A DNA stretch of 64,000 nt from the NCBI GenBank assembly GCA_024451685.1, contig JAMXCW010000005.1, forward strand, positions 78,616-142,615, written 5' to 3'. Below are positions 9,054 to 18,398 of the stretch, in pieces. The translations under genes and the position numbers were made by a program. The stretch comes from Candidatus Bathyanammoxibius amoris. Its GTDB lineage: Bacteria; Planctomycetota; Brocadiia; Brocadiales; Bathyanammoxibiaceae. Below the pieces are notes generated by a model. That model searched no databases and had not been told where the DNA came from. It saw nothing but the letters and a program-made list of their open reading frames with translations. Each line of letters begins with the position of its first letter. Positions within the stretch are counted from its first letter, which is position 1.

Positions 9054-10298
9054 TTATAGAGCCAGCAGTTTCAACCGCAGCATATTCAGGGCTGATTTGG
9101 CGGCCATGAGTTTTATCCATTTCCGGGTGCCGTGGAACTGGAATTTTTTGGATTTTACCCCGTCCCGTGTGGCAATGGCACAGTACACAAGACCGACGCG
9201 TTCCTTCGGATGCCGGCTTGTAGGGCCCGCGGCGCCGGTTATGGACAGGCCCAGGTCTGCGCCCGCCTTCTCTCTGATGGATTTGGCCATCATCTTCGCG
9301 GTTCTGGCGTTGACCGCGCCCTTCTTGTCTATCTCGCTTTCCGGTAGTCCCGTGAGACGGGACTTGGAACGGTATGTATAGGTGACCATGTCTTCAAGGA
9401 GATAGCCTGACGCCCCCGGTACGTCGGTGAGGTAATTCCCCACCAATCCGCCGGTGCAGGATTCTGCCACTGCGATGGTCTTCTTGTGTTTCTTTAGTAA
9501 CGCGGCCACCACGCCTTCGAGGGTGTCGTCACCGGTGCCGTAGACGGCGTCTCCCAGGAGGCGGCGTATCCGGGTCTCTGCGTCGTCCAGGGCCTTTCCC
9601 GCCCTTGTCTTGTCCTCCGCCTCCGCCGCAATCCGCAGCGTAATTGTGCCTTCATTCACCATTGTGCCGACGGAGGGCTTTGATTCGGGTGTCATCATGT
9701 GTCCTATCTTCTCGCCTATAGCGGCCTCGTGGATTCCAAAGACATGGAGCTTTCTATGGAGCCGGGCTATTGTGCTCTGTATCTCCGCGCGCAGGTGTGG
9801 ACGCACCCAGTCCCGGAACATCCATTTCATTTCTATCGGTACACCCGGCATGCAGATAATCTCCCTGTTGTTGTGCCTGAGGGAGAAACCGGGCGCCGTG
9901 CCTATCCTGTTCGTTATGACGATAGAGCCCACCGGCATCATGGCCTGGCGGATGTTGGAAGACGGCATGTCCGCCTGCCGGCAGCGGAAGGTCTCCTTTA
10001 TCTGGGCGAGGGCTGTCTCATCCCTTATCAGCGTCCTGCCCGTGGCCGTTGCAACGGCGTTCCGGGTGACGTCGTCGCGTGTAGGGCCGATGCCCCCGGT
10101 AATTACGACAAGATCGGCCCTCTCAAGGGCCCGTTCCACGGCGGAGCTTATTGCCGCGAGTTCGTCGGGTACGGTGGTATGGTGGAGAATGATCAGGCCG
10201 AGCCATGTGAGTTCTTCGGCCAGGTAGGTGGCGTTGGTGTTTACTACGTCGCCCTGTACGAGTTCACTGCCCGTAGTGATTATCTCTGCTGTCTTCAT
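9054..10298 (-). CDS. cinA: CinA family protein (MoCF-binding domain plus nicotinamide-nucleotide amidohydrolase PncC domain)
   Basis: N-terminal TGSELVQG..VNTN molybdopterin-binding-fold block and a C-terminal AESCTGG motif in a 414-aa ORF. Confidence 0.85.
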   Translation of the reverse strand: MKTAEIITTGSELVQGDVVNTNATYLAEELTWLGLIILHHTTVPDELAAISSAVERALERADLVVITGGIGPTRDDVTRNAVATATGRTLIRDETALAQIKETFRCRQADMPSSNIRQAMMPVGSIVITNRIGTAPGFSLRHNNREIICMPGVPIEMKWMFRDWVRPHLRAEIQSTIARLHRKLHVFGIHEAAIGEKIGHMMTPESKPSVGTMVNEGTITLRIAAEAEDKTRAGKALDDAETRIRRLLGDAVYGTGDDTLEGVVAALLKKHKKTIAVAESCTGGLVGNYLTDVPGASGYLLEDMVTYTYRSKSRLTGLPESEIDKKGAVNARTAKMMAKSIREKAGADLGLSITGAAGPTSRHPKERVGLVYCAIATRDGVKSKKFQFHGTRKWIKLMAAKSALNMLRLKLLAL

Positions 10299-10351
10299 GC
10301 ATGAAAGCGACAGGTAATTGTGTTACCGTACGGAACTGTAATAATTCCTAC

Positions 10352-11440
10352 TTACTCACGGGGTGGGTAGTTGGGTTGAACCTGTTCGGTTATGGCATTG
10401 CTGACCCCTGCCTCGTTAAATGTGGCCATTTGTGTCAGCAGTTTTACGGAGGCCTCTACAAGTCCCATCGCCAGCACTGCCCCGGTGCCTTCTCCCAGGC
10501 ACATCTCTAGGTCGAGTATGGGCCTCTTGCCGAGTTTCTCCAGTATTAGACGGTGGCCCCGTTCCCTGGAGAGATGGGACGCTATCAAATAACCCTTCAC
10601 ACGGGGCTCTATGTGGGCCGCCAGCAGGGCGCCTGCCGAGGATATGAAACCGTCTATGATTACAGGGCGCCTGTGCCTTGCCGCGCCGAGACATATCCCC
10701 GCGATGGCGCCGATTTCACATCCCCCGACCTTTGCGAGGACGTCTAAGGGGTCCTTCGGGTCGGGCTTATTTACTTCCAGGGCGGTTGCGACTATCTTGA
10801 GTTTATGGGCAAGGGCCGGGCCGTTAAGCCCCGTTCCCTGTCCCGTAGCCTCTTTTAAGTCTGCGCCGCTCAAGGCCGCGAGTATTGCGCTGCTGGGCGT
10901 GGTGTTTCCTATGCCCATATCGCCCACTGCGACCAGGTCAGCACCGTTCGGAAGCTCCTCTTCCAGTGTCTCTATGCCCAGCTCTACGGACCTTACCGCC
11001 TCTTCGGGGGACATTGCCGGCCCTGTCGCGATGTTCCCCGTGCCGTGGCGTATCTTTTTTATCTTTAAGAACCCCGGTTTCGATGGAAGCTCCCCCACCA
11101 CACCGCAGTCTACAACCGTTACCCTGGCGCCTGAGTGTCTTGCCAGGACGTTCACGGCGGCACCGCCGCAAAGGAGGTTCTCTACCATTTGTCTGGTGAC
11201 TTCCTGGGGAAAGGCGCTCACCCCCTCGGCAACCACGCCGTGGTCACCTGCCATGGTAAACACCACCTTGTCGGTGATTTCTCTGGTTCTTCTTATCGAG
11301 GCGTACAGCAGGGCGAGTTCCTCAAGCCGGCCAAGACTGCCTCGCGGGATGGCCCATCCATCTATCCTTGAGCGTATTTCTCCCTGCGGGTCTAAACTTA
11401 GTTCTTCGATACCGCGGGTGGTCTTCGTTAAGAGTTCCAT
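10352..11440 (-). CDS. cobT: nicotinate-nucleotide--dimethylbenzimidazole phosphoribosyltransferase
   Basis: AGDHGV and GDMGIGNTT motifs in a 362-aa ORF of typical CobT length. Confidence 0.85.
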   Translation of the reverse strand: MELLTKTTRGIEELSLDPQGEIRSRIDGWAIPRGSLGRLEELALLYASIRRTREITDKVVFTMAGDHGVVAEGVSAFPQEVTRQMVENLLCGGAAVNVLARHSGARVTVVDCGVVGELPSKPGFLKIKKIRHGTGNIATGPAMSPEEAVRSVELGIETLEEELPNGADLVAVGDMGIGNTTPSSAILAALSGADLKEATGQGTGLNGPALAHKLKIVATALEVNKPDPKDPLDVLAKVGGCEIGAIAGICLGAARHRRPVIIDGFISSAGALLAAHIEPRVKGYLIASHLSRERGHRLILEKLGKRPILDLEMCLGEGTGAVLAMGLVEASVKLLTQMATFNEAGVSNAITEQVQPNYPPRE

Positions 11441-11442
11441 CT

Positions 11443-12042
11443 TTAGGAAGAGAGTTCCAGAGTCCTTGGGAGGTCGCGTAGGGAACGGAGACCGAAGTAT
11501 TCAAGAAATCTTTTGGTGGTTCCGTAGAGGAGGGGGCGTCCCAGTGTTTCGTCTTTGCCCACCACCTTTGCCAGGCCCTTGTCCATGAGGCTTCGTAACA
11601 TCTGGCTCGATTCTACACCCCTGATGGCCTCTATGGTAGAACGGAGAATGGGTTGCTTGTAGGCGATGATGGATAGTGTCTCCATGGCCGCGGGTGAAAG
11701 CTTGGATTCCTGCGTCTTTTTCTCAAGTCTGGCGATCCACGGATGGTATTGCTGTCTTGAAAGCAGGAGGTAGCCGCCGGCTATTTCTTCTATCTGGAAG
11801 GCCCGGCCCGTGTCGTCGTAGTCTTTGCGCAACTGCTCGATGGTCTCAACGATCTTGCCCTTTCCATCGCCGATTATTTCTGTAAGTTTATTAGCAGTCA
11901 ACGGTTGGTTAGTTGCGAAAAGTAGGGCCTCAATGACGGGACCCATCTCCTTATTTTCGCCTTCAGCGAGGTTTTCTTCTTTCATGGTATGGGTGGTTTC
12001 GTGGGTTTTGTCCTCTTGCGGATGCAGGCTTTCGATTGCCAT
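11443..12042 (-). CDS. scpB: segregation and condensation protein B
   Basis: IEALLFATNQPL... and IAYKQPI.R..IE.IRGV winged-helix blocks. 199 aa with an acidic N-terminal extension. Confidence 0.85.
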   Translation of the reverse strand: MAIESLHPQEDKTHETTHTMKEENLAEGENKEMGPVIEALLFATNQPLTANKLTEIIGDGKGKIVETIEQLRKDYDDTGRAFQIEEIAGGYLLLSRQQYHPWIARLEKKTQESKLSPAAMETLSIIAYKQPILRSTIEAIRGVESSQMLRSLMDKGLAKVVGKDETLGRPLLYGTTKRFLEYFGLRSLRDLPRTLELSS

Positions 12043-12049
12043 AAGTAAT

Positions 12050-13000
12050 TTAGTCCCTTGACGTGGGGGCCGCCGATAAGAATCTTATCTTTTGGCTGGC
12101 TATGCGTTTATATGTGTCTATGATAGTGCCCTTAAATATCTTCACCTGACCATTATAAAAATCTGTTATCTGGAACGCCTCTTCGGTCAGGAGCTTGCCG
12201 CGTTTATTGTAGGTGCTGAACATAAACTTCACTATACCAAAATCTCTACCGCTTCCATTAATCATTTCACCGACAAAGTGTGTCTCAAAGGAGTAGCTGC
12301 CCTGAAGCAGCTGGACGTTTTTATATGCAAAATCGAGCTCTATCTTGTTCCATTCCTTTGCCTTGTCCTTTTTCTTTTTCCTTTTTGTAATGCGCTTTTT
12401 TGCGGTGGGCTCTTTAGCTTTTTCTTCGGCTTTAGGCTCCTTCACGACCTCGGGTTTTTCCTTGGCCTCCGGTTTGGCCGCGTGCGGTTTTTCGACCAGC
12501 TTGTGAATCCCGCCCTTGTCTGCTTCTACGGCCTCTTTTACAGAGAACAAAGAACCTTCTTCTACCCCTTTTGCTCTGGGTTCCTTTGAGTGTTTAAGTC
12601 TCTTTTTCCTGTCTGCTTTGTGGGCCTCATCATAGGAGAATAGTGCTTCTTCTTTCTTTTCTTCGGCTTTTTCCGGTTTGGTTGCCGGCGCATGAGCTTC
12701 TCCGGCGCTCTTCTTGCCTTCAGGGTGAGCTGTGGTTTCCTTGGTGACCTTGCCGGTGCCTGCCGGCTCCTTCGCGGTTGCGGGTTTTTCCTTTACTGGA
12801 CCGGCGGACACCTTCTCCCGAGAAGGCGCCCTGGAAGTGGGTTCTTTTGTTGTTGTTTGAGGAGACACACGTTTGTGGGGTGTACCAGATTTTTGTGTCT
12901 CTTGCGTAGTCGGCTTAGACGTGGTTTCTTGTGTTACACCTTCTGCAACAGAAAAGCTTACGAAGAAAAGTAGACAAAGTATGAACGAAACCAACCTCAA
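12050..13000 (-). CDS. secreted K/E/P/T/A-rich low-complexity protein with a C-terminal globular domain of about 100 aa, function unknown
   Basis: Signal-like N-terminus and about 200 aa of charged low complexity. The C-terminal WNKIELDFAYKNV...FKGTIIDTY segment looks folded. The gene ends 8 nt upstream of scpB. Confidence 0.5.
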   Translation of the reverse strand: MRLVSFILCLLFFVSFSVAEGVTQETTSKPTTQETQKSGTPHKRVSPQTTTKEPTSRAPSREKVSAGPVKEKPATAKEPAGTGKVTKETTAHPEGKKSAGEAHAPATKPEKAEEKKEEALFSYDEAHKADRKKRLKHSKEPRAKGVEEGSLFSVKEAVEADKGGIHKLVEKPHAAKPEAKEKPEVVKEPKAEEKAKEPTAKKRITKRKKKKDKAKEWNKIELDFAYKNVQLLQGSYSFETHFVGEMINGSGRDFGIVKFMFSTYNKRGKLLTEEAFQITDFYNGQVKIFKGTIIDTYKRIASQKIRFLSAAPTSRD

Positions 13001-13196
13001 AACTGTGCTCCTTTTAGGTATTTATACTATAGCTGCCGACCAAATATATCATATAATCTCTTGTGTGTCAAAGGATTATATCTCAAAGGCTTGTGGTTTT
13101 AAACGTTGACATCTCGGACACTTTTGGATATTTATGTTACTGGTAGGGCGGTTTTTTGCTTCAAAGAACGGGTGGGAGCAGAAAGGGTAAAATAAT

Positions 13197-13667
13197 ATGA
13201 TCAAGCTGTCCGGTTCGTATCGGCTTGCCTCTATTTCCTTGCCGGAATACGGGTTTCAGCTAAAGTCAGAAGATTTCAAGAGGTCCGGGGACGATTTCAC
13301 GATATGGTTTCTGGAGGGGGTGCTGAAAAACAACCCGAACTACGTTGATTGCCTCTTGTATCTTGGAAATGCCTACACGGCCAGAGGAAGGTATAAAGAC
13401 GGTTTAAAGGTTGACATGAAGCTTGCGGAACTCCAACCCGGTGACCCCATTGTACGCTACAATCTCGCCTGCAGCTATTGCCTCGTTGGTGATTTGGATG
13501 CCGCAATAAGGGTGTTGGAGATTGCGGTTGCACTTGGCTATGAGGACGTTCGACATCTGGAAAACGACAAGGACCTGGAAGGACTGAGGGGAGATAAGAG
13601 ATACTGGGAACTTCTGGACAGGATTAAGGGGAAAGGCACGGTAACAGAGGACAAAGAAGGTAAGTAG
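13197..13667 (+). CDS. TPR-repeat protein
   Basis: LGNAYTARGRYKDG... and YNLACSYCLVGDLDAA... TPR-like helices in a 156-aa ORF. Confidence 0.6.
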   Translation: MIKLSGSYRLASISLPEYGFQLKSEDFKRSGDDFTIWFLEGVLKNNPNYVDCLLYLGNAYTARGRYKDGLKVDMKLAELQPGDPIVRYNLACSYCLVGDLDAAIRVLEIAVALGYEDVRHLENDKDLEGLRGDKRYWELLDRIKGKGTVTEDKEGK

Positions 13668-13670
13668 GGC

Positions 13671-14435
13671 TCAGATTTCTTTGCTGCTGAGATGTTGAGT
13701 GTAGGCAACCAGAAGCCCCTCCAGTGTAAGGTGAGGAACGACCCCGGTTATTGTTGGTATTTCAGTTGCAAGGAGTTTTGCGTCTCCACCGGTTGCCAGG
13801 ACGACAGGATCATCGCCCAGTTCCTCCAGCAGGTTTTTCACAATTTTCTCTATCGCTCCTACCATACCCCAGTAAATGCCGGAATTAACCGCCTCGTCCG
13901 TGTCTTTACCCAGGGTCTGCCGTGGTCTCTGTACCACAGATACCCGGGGCAGGAGGGCGGTCTGTGTATGCAAGGCTTCCGTGAGGGGTGCGAGCCCCGG
14001 TGTTATTACCCCGCCCAGAAATTCACCTTTTTTTGATATGGCGTCTATGGTTATGGCGGTTCCTGCGTCCACCACGATGGTTGAGGTGCCGGTCCTTTTG
14101 AAGGCGGCCATGGCATTAAGCAGCCTGTCCACCCCTGTTTTTTCTGGTTTCTTTGTCAGAACTGGTATGTTTAGGGGGACGTCTGCAGGGACCCTGAGAG
14201 GCGCTCTCTTCCACATGGAGGTCTTTAACCAGTTGCAAAAGGCGTCTTCCGCCTCAGGATTAACTGAGGCTAATATGCAGCCGGAGGCATTCTGCAGGAT
14301 TGAGGGGTCTACAGAGAGACCCTTCAGGGGAGTGTCGGTGACGCTCGAGGTGAAGTGATTGACCAGGCGCCCGTTCTCGAGGTCAAACAGGCCCAGATGG
14401 ACGTGTGTATTGCCAATGTCTACGGCGACTAGCAT
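13671..14435 (-). CDS. coaX: type III pantothenate kinase
   Basis: N-terminal MLVAVDIGNTHVHLGLF, an internal VVDAGTAITID block and GG..PG. 254 aa. Confidence 0.85.
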   Translation of the reverse strand: MLVAVDIGNTHVHLGLFDLENGRLVNHFTSSVTDTPLKGLSVDPSILQNASGCILASVNPEAEDAFCNWLKTSMWKRAPLRVPADVPLNIPVLTKKPEKTGVDRLLNAMAAFKRTGTSTIVVDAGTAITIDAISKKGEFLGGVITPGLAPLTEALHTQTALLPRVSVVQRPRQTLGKDTDEAVNSGIYWGMVGAIEKIVKNLLEELGDDPVVLATGGDAKLLATEIPTITGVVPHLTLEGLLVAYTQHLSSKEI

Positions 14436-14444
14436 GGATGATTA

Positions 14445-15479
14445 TTATGTGGTTGCGGTTTCCTGAGACCGTGTTTCACAGGGTAATGTCTTGAGTGTCT
14501 CGGCTATTACGTTAAGAAGGGTTTTAAGGTTGCTTCCTGTCTTGGAGGAAATGGTGTAGACAGGTTGTGATAGGGCCTTCTCCATCGATTTGGCCGTTTT
14601 CTCACGGTGGGCCTTATCTACAAGGTCTATTTTGTTGAGGACAATTATTTCCCCTTTTCTCGCGAGTTCAGGGTTGTGGTGCTTGAGCTCTTTTCTTATG
14701 GTACGATAGGCTTCAGCGGGGTCCGTGTCGTCCCTGGGGGCTATGTCAATCAGGTGTATCAGCAGCCTTGTACGTTCTACGTGGCGAAGGAACTTGTCTC
14801 CGAGGCCTACGCCGGTGTGGGCACCCTGGATGAGCCCGGGCAGGTCTGCCACCACTATCCTCCGGTATTCACCTATCTCTACAATGCCCAGATGGGGATA
14901 GAGTGTTGTAAACGGATATTCGGCGACCTTCGGGTGTGCCTTGGATATGCGGGAAAGCAGGGTAGATTTCCCTGCGTTGGGCATACCTATAATGCCGACG
15001 TCGGCGACAAGCTTTAGTTCCAGTTTGAGCCAGCGTTCCTGGCCTTTTTTGCCACTTTCGGCCGTGCGCGGCGTCCTGTTGGTTGAGGTGGCAAAGAATT
15101 TGTTCCCTTTACCGCCCCCGCCTCCCCTGGCGATGCGCACAGACTGCCCCGGTTCAGTTAGGTCTTTTAGCACCAGGCCGCTGTCTCTGTCCCTGACAAC
15201 CGTGCCTACAGGGAGCGCGATAATCAGGTCTTTCCCCGAGCGGCCGTGCCTGTTTGCGCCCTCTCCGTGGCGGCCGTTCTCTGCAACGTATTTTACCCTG
15301 GAGGTAATGTCCATGAGTGTGTCTATTGCTTCGTTCGTATGGAGTATTACGTCGCCGCCTTTCCCTCCGTGCCCGCCATCGGGGCCGCCTTTCGGCACGA
15401 ACTTCTCCCGCCTGAAACTCACGCAGCCGTGGCCGCCATCGCCTCCCGCGACATAGATTATAGCTTCATCTATAAACAT
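14445..15479 (-). CDS. obg: GTPase Obg/CgtA
   Basis: MFIDEA.I.V.GGDGGHGCVSFRREKF Obg fold, G1 motif GMPNAGKST, and DLPGLI. The true start is probably the ATG at 15479; the longest ORF reaches 15533. Confidence 0.9.
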   Translation of the reverse strand: MFIDEAIIYVAGGDGGHGCVSFRREKFVPKGGPDGGHGGKGGDVILHTNEAIDTLMDITSRVKYVAENGRHGEGANRHGRSGKDLIIALPVGTVVRDRDSGLVLKDLTEPGQSVRIARGGGGGKGNKFFATSTNRTPRTAESGKKGQERWLKLELKLVADVGIIGMPNAGKSTLLSRISKAHPKVAEYPFTTLYPHLGIVEIGEYRRIVVADLPGLIQGAHTGVGLGDKFLRHVERTRLLIHLIDIAPRDDTDPAEAYRTIRKELKHHNPELARKGEIIVLNKIDLVDKAHREKTAKSMEKALSQPVYTISSKTGSNLKTLLNVIAETLKTLPCETRSQETATT

Positions 15480-15557
15480 CTTGAGGTGGTAGAAAAAAGG
15501 GGAGCAGTGTGTGTGCTCCCCTAGTGTGTACAAAAGGTTTCTATAACCGGGTTGTGG

Positions 15558-15800
15558 TTATGAGTTATAAATACTCACTCGTCTGCGGGATTCAAAACGC
15601 ACGGTCCCGGTTATTTTGGCGAATAGGGTGTCATCGCGGCCGCGGCCCACATTAAAGCCGGGATGGAACTTGGTGCCGCACTGCCTGACTATTATGGAGC
15701 CTGCCTTGACAAGTTCTCCCCCATAGTGTTTTACTCCCCGGTACTGGGGGTTGCTGTCGCGTCCGTTTCTGCTGGAACCCTGTCCCTTTTTATGTGCCAT
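15558..15800 (-). CDS. rpmA: 50S ribosomal protein L27
   Basis: [24 protein letters not shown]... is a canonical L27 N-terminus. Confidence 0.95.
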   Translation of the reverse strand: MAHKKGQGSSRNGRDSNPQYRGVKHYGGELVKAGSIIVRQCGTKFHPGFNVGRGRDDTLFAKITGTVRFESRRRVSIYNS

Positions 15801-15820
15801 TATTCTTACCTCTATTTATA

Positions 15821-16135
15821 TTATACGATAATTTCTTTTATTTTCACCTGTGTAAAGCGCTGTCTGTGGCCCGCCTTTCTCCTGTAATCTTTTCTTCGTT
15901 TGAATTTGAAGACGTCTATCTTGTCTCCTTTCTTTGGGCCTTGAACCTCGCCCACCACCTTCGCTCCCTTGACAAGTGGTGTCCCGATCTTGCCATTGTC
16001 GTCCCCACCGATGGCCACTACTTCGTTAAACTCTATCTTGCTGTCCTTTTTCAGCCCTTCCGCCGAATCAATGAGGATGGTTTCTCCCAGCGTTACCTTA
16101 TACTGTCTGCCTCTATCCTTTATTATTGCATACAC
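15821..16135 (-). CDS. rplU: 50S ribosomal protein L21
   Basis: (V/M)[13 protein letters not shown] is a canonical L21 start. The GTG at 16135 is preceded by an AGGAGGAG Shine-Dalgarno; the longest ORF extends to 16153. Confidence 0.9.
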   Translation of the reverse strand: MYAIIKDRGRQYKVTLGETILIDSAEGLKKDSKIEFNEVVAIGGDDNGKIGTPLVKGAKVVGEVQGPKKGDKIDVFKFKRRKDYRRKAGHRQRFTQVKIKEIIV

Positions 16136-16149
16136 CTGTTCACTCCTCC

Positions 16150-17670
16150 TCACAAGGTCGTAGGGTTGCCGTCAGAACCATAGTATTTCATTCGTATGTC
16201 GCCCATCCTCCATCCGTCTTCGGCAACACCTCTGATTGTTATCGTCTTGTTATAGTGGTCTTCAAGTTCGGATATCTGTTTTCTCTTCTGGTTCTGCAGG
16301 AACTGTACTACCGGGGTGTTTGTCACCACCTCGATGCTCTTAATTCCTTCGTTGTCAAGGACGGACCTTATGTTTCTCATTATTTTGAGGCTGAGGCTTT
16401 CTACGGTTTTTGTGAGCCCCGTTCCCCTGCACTCCGGGCACGGGTCGTGCAGTACGTCTCTCAGGCTGTGCTTAATCCGTTGCCTTGTGAGTTCTATGAT
16501 GCCAAACCTTGACGTCTTAAGCATTTTTGTGCGCGCCCTGTCCTTCTTCAGGGCGTCGGCAAAGGCCCTTTCCACCGAACGCCTGTGGCCCTCCTGCTGC
16601 ATATCAATAAAATCTATTATAATGACTCCTCCCAGGTCGCGCAAACGAATTTGTCGTGCGATCTCGCCCGTGGCCTCCATGTTGGTTTTAAAGGCGGTCT
16701 CTTCCGGGTCGGCTCCCTTTTTGAACCGTCCGCTGTTTACGTCTATTGCTACCAGGGCTTCTGTCTGCTCTATGACGAGGGACCCTCCTTGCTTCATGGG
16801 TATCTTTTTGTTGTTGATCCTTTCTATTTCTTCTTCGATGCGATGTTTGTGGAATATGGGCACCCTGGCCCTGTGCATTTTCACGATCTTTTCGTGTTTT
16901 GGCATGATCTGTTTCAAAAAATCTCTGGTCTTCCCATAAGTGTCGTGACTATCGACAATTATTTCTGTTATGTCAGGCGAGAAGATGTCTCTTATGGTCC
17001 TGATAACCAGGTCGCTTTCCTGGTAGATAAGTGACGGGACAAGACTGTTTGTAGTTCGTTCCTCTACCGCTTTCCACAGACGAAGCAGATAATTAAGGTC
17101 TTTGGAGAGATCTCTCTTGGTGTGACCCGTTCCAGCAGTACGAACGATTATGCCTATATTGGGGGGGGGCTTCAGCTCTTTTGCGACCTGTTTAAGCCGT
17201 GCGCGTTCCTCCTCATCTAGAATCTTTCTCGATACGCCATGTCTGGAGGTGTAGGGCATGAGGACCAGGTAGCGGCCCGGCAGGCTTATATAGGTGGTGA
17301 GGCTTGGCCCCTTTTCTCCGACACCTTCCCTGATTACTTGTACCAGAAGTTCCTGTCCCGGCTTGAGCAGGGACAGTATTCGCTTCTGTTCCCTCCTGTT
17401 GCGGGGCTTCTCCGTCTTTTCTTCCTTCTTCTCGCAAGCGGTGTCCAGTACCTCGCTTACATGAAGGAAACCGTTTCTTTTTAGCCCTATGTCTACAAAG
17501 GCAGCCTCCAGGCTGGGCTCTACGTTTGACACCCTGCCCATGTAGATGTTTCCCACGGCCTGTCCCTTGGACACACGTTCGATATAGAGTTCTTCGAGCG
17601 TATTGTTTTCCAAGATGGCTATGCGGCTTTCTTCGGGTTCTACCGCGTTTATCAGCATCCTTTTTCTCAT
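16150..17670 (-). CDS. rng: ribonuclease G/E family endoribonuclease
   Basis: N-terminal S1 domain (GNIYMGRVSNVEPSLEAAFVDIG), catalytic-core blocks IDVNSG and GGVIIIDFIDM. 506 aa is RNase G size. Confidence 0.85.
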   Translation of the reverse strand: MRKRMLINAVEPEESRIAILENNTLEELYIERVSKGQAVGNIYMGRVSNVEPSLEAAFVDIGLKRNGFLHVSEVLDTACEKKEEKTEKPRNRREQKRILSLLKPGQELLVQVIREGVGEKGPSLTTYISLPGRYLVLMPYTSRHGVSRKILDEEERARLKQVAKELKPPPNIGIIVRTAGTGHTKRDLSKDLNYLLRLWKAVEERTTNSLVPSLIYQESDLVIRTIRDIFSPDITEIIVDSHDTYGKTRDFLKQIMPKHEKIVKMHRARVPIFHKHRIEEEIERINNKKIPMKQGGSLVIEQTEALVAIDVNSGRFKKGADPEETAFKTNMEATGEIARQIRLRDLGGVIIIDFIDMQQEGHRRSVERAFADALKKDRARTKMLKTSRFGIIELTRQRIKHSLRDVLHDPCPECRGTGLTKTVESLSLKIMRNIRSVLDNEGIKSIEVVTNTPVVQFLQNQKRKQISELEDHYNKTITIRGVAEDGWRMGDIRMKYYGSDGNPTTL

Positions 17671-17673
17671 CGT

Positions 17674-18363
17674 TTAGTTTGCTCCATTGGATGGAGAGAG
17701 ATGGACTGCGCTTCTTATTATCCTCGGTGTACGGCCTGTATCCATTTCCAGTCCGAGGGCCTTAAGGACCTCATCAGGACGTGCCGTGCCATCCCCGGTA
17801 GGTCTTAGTTTCAGCAGGAGGGTACTGTTCTCCAGAGTGATGGATACTATTGAGGGGCGAAGATCAAAAAGCCTTTTTCCACCTTTCCTTTTCCTAAGAA
17901 TTTGAATCTTTTTTTCAGCAAGTAACTGATTAATTTTTTTCCGTGTAAGTTCTTCAGGAAGGTCCCACTTGATTTGATAGACCAGTGCGTCTACTCGTGA
18001 AGGGCTTCCCGGGGTGATTGGCTCGGCCGAGATTATTCTGATACCAGGCGCAAGTTGTGCCTGAAGCTGCTCCTGCAATCTCTCCGGGGCAATCCACCGG
18101 GAAAGTTCGAGCTCTAGAATCTCATCAACAGCCTCTATTCCCAGGGCCAGGGCCGAGGGGAAAGACATCTTTGGCCGCGGGTTAAATCCCTGACTCATGC
18201 CGATGGGGATGTCGGCCCTCCTGATGGCCCTTTCAAACAGCCTCATCAGGTCGTGATGGGAGATGAACTTTAAGACCCCGGTCTTCTGGAATCTGAGTCT
18301 AACCCTTATGTGCTGGGTCCTTCCTACAATATTTTGTTCTTGCAACTTATAGAAACCTGCCAT
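17674..18363 (-). CDS. TIGR03936/DUF2344 family radical-SAM-associated protein
   Basis: The block KFISHHDLMRLFERAIRRA.IP...SQGFNPRPKMSF is recognised from memory as DUF2344. Confidence 0.7.
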   Translation of the reverse strand: MAGFYKLQEQNIVGRTQHIRVRLRFQKTGVLKFISHHDLMRLFERAIRRADIPIGMSQGFNPRPKMSFPSALALGIEAVDEILELELSRWIAPERLQEQLQAQLAPGIRIISAEPITPGSPSRVDALVYQIKWDLPEELTRKKINQLLAEKKIQILRKRKGGKRLFDLRPSIVSITLENSTLLLKLRPTGDGTARPDEVLKALGLEMDTGRTPRIIRSAVHLSPSNGAN

Positions 18364-18398
18364 GGGCTACGTCTGGAAGGCCGGCATGAGGTTCTTAC

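Noticed and set aside
8971-9381. 136-aa ORF beginning MLRFARNDR
   Set aside because: Its N-terminus is a translation of the palindromic repeat arm. The rest is antisense to the well-supported cinA 3' end.
10611-11588. 325-aa plus-strand ORF antisense to cobT, with several smaller ORFs in 10392-11504
   Set aside because: The ORF is Pro/Ser/Ala-rich with no motif. It is entirely overlapped by a strongly supported cobT reading frame (GIGNTT and other blocks). Long antisense ORFs of this kind are typical in GC-rich coding sequence.
17161-17169. G9 homopolymer inside rng as a possible frameshift site
   Set aside because: The reading frame is intact across it (it encodes KPPPN on the minus strand), and conserved RNase G blocks continue on both sides.
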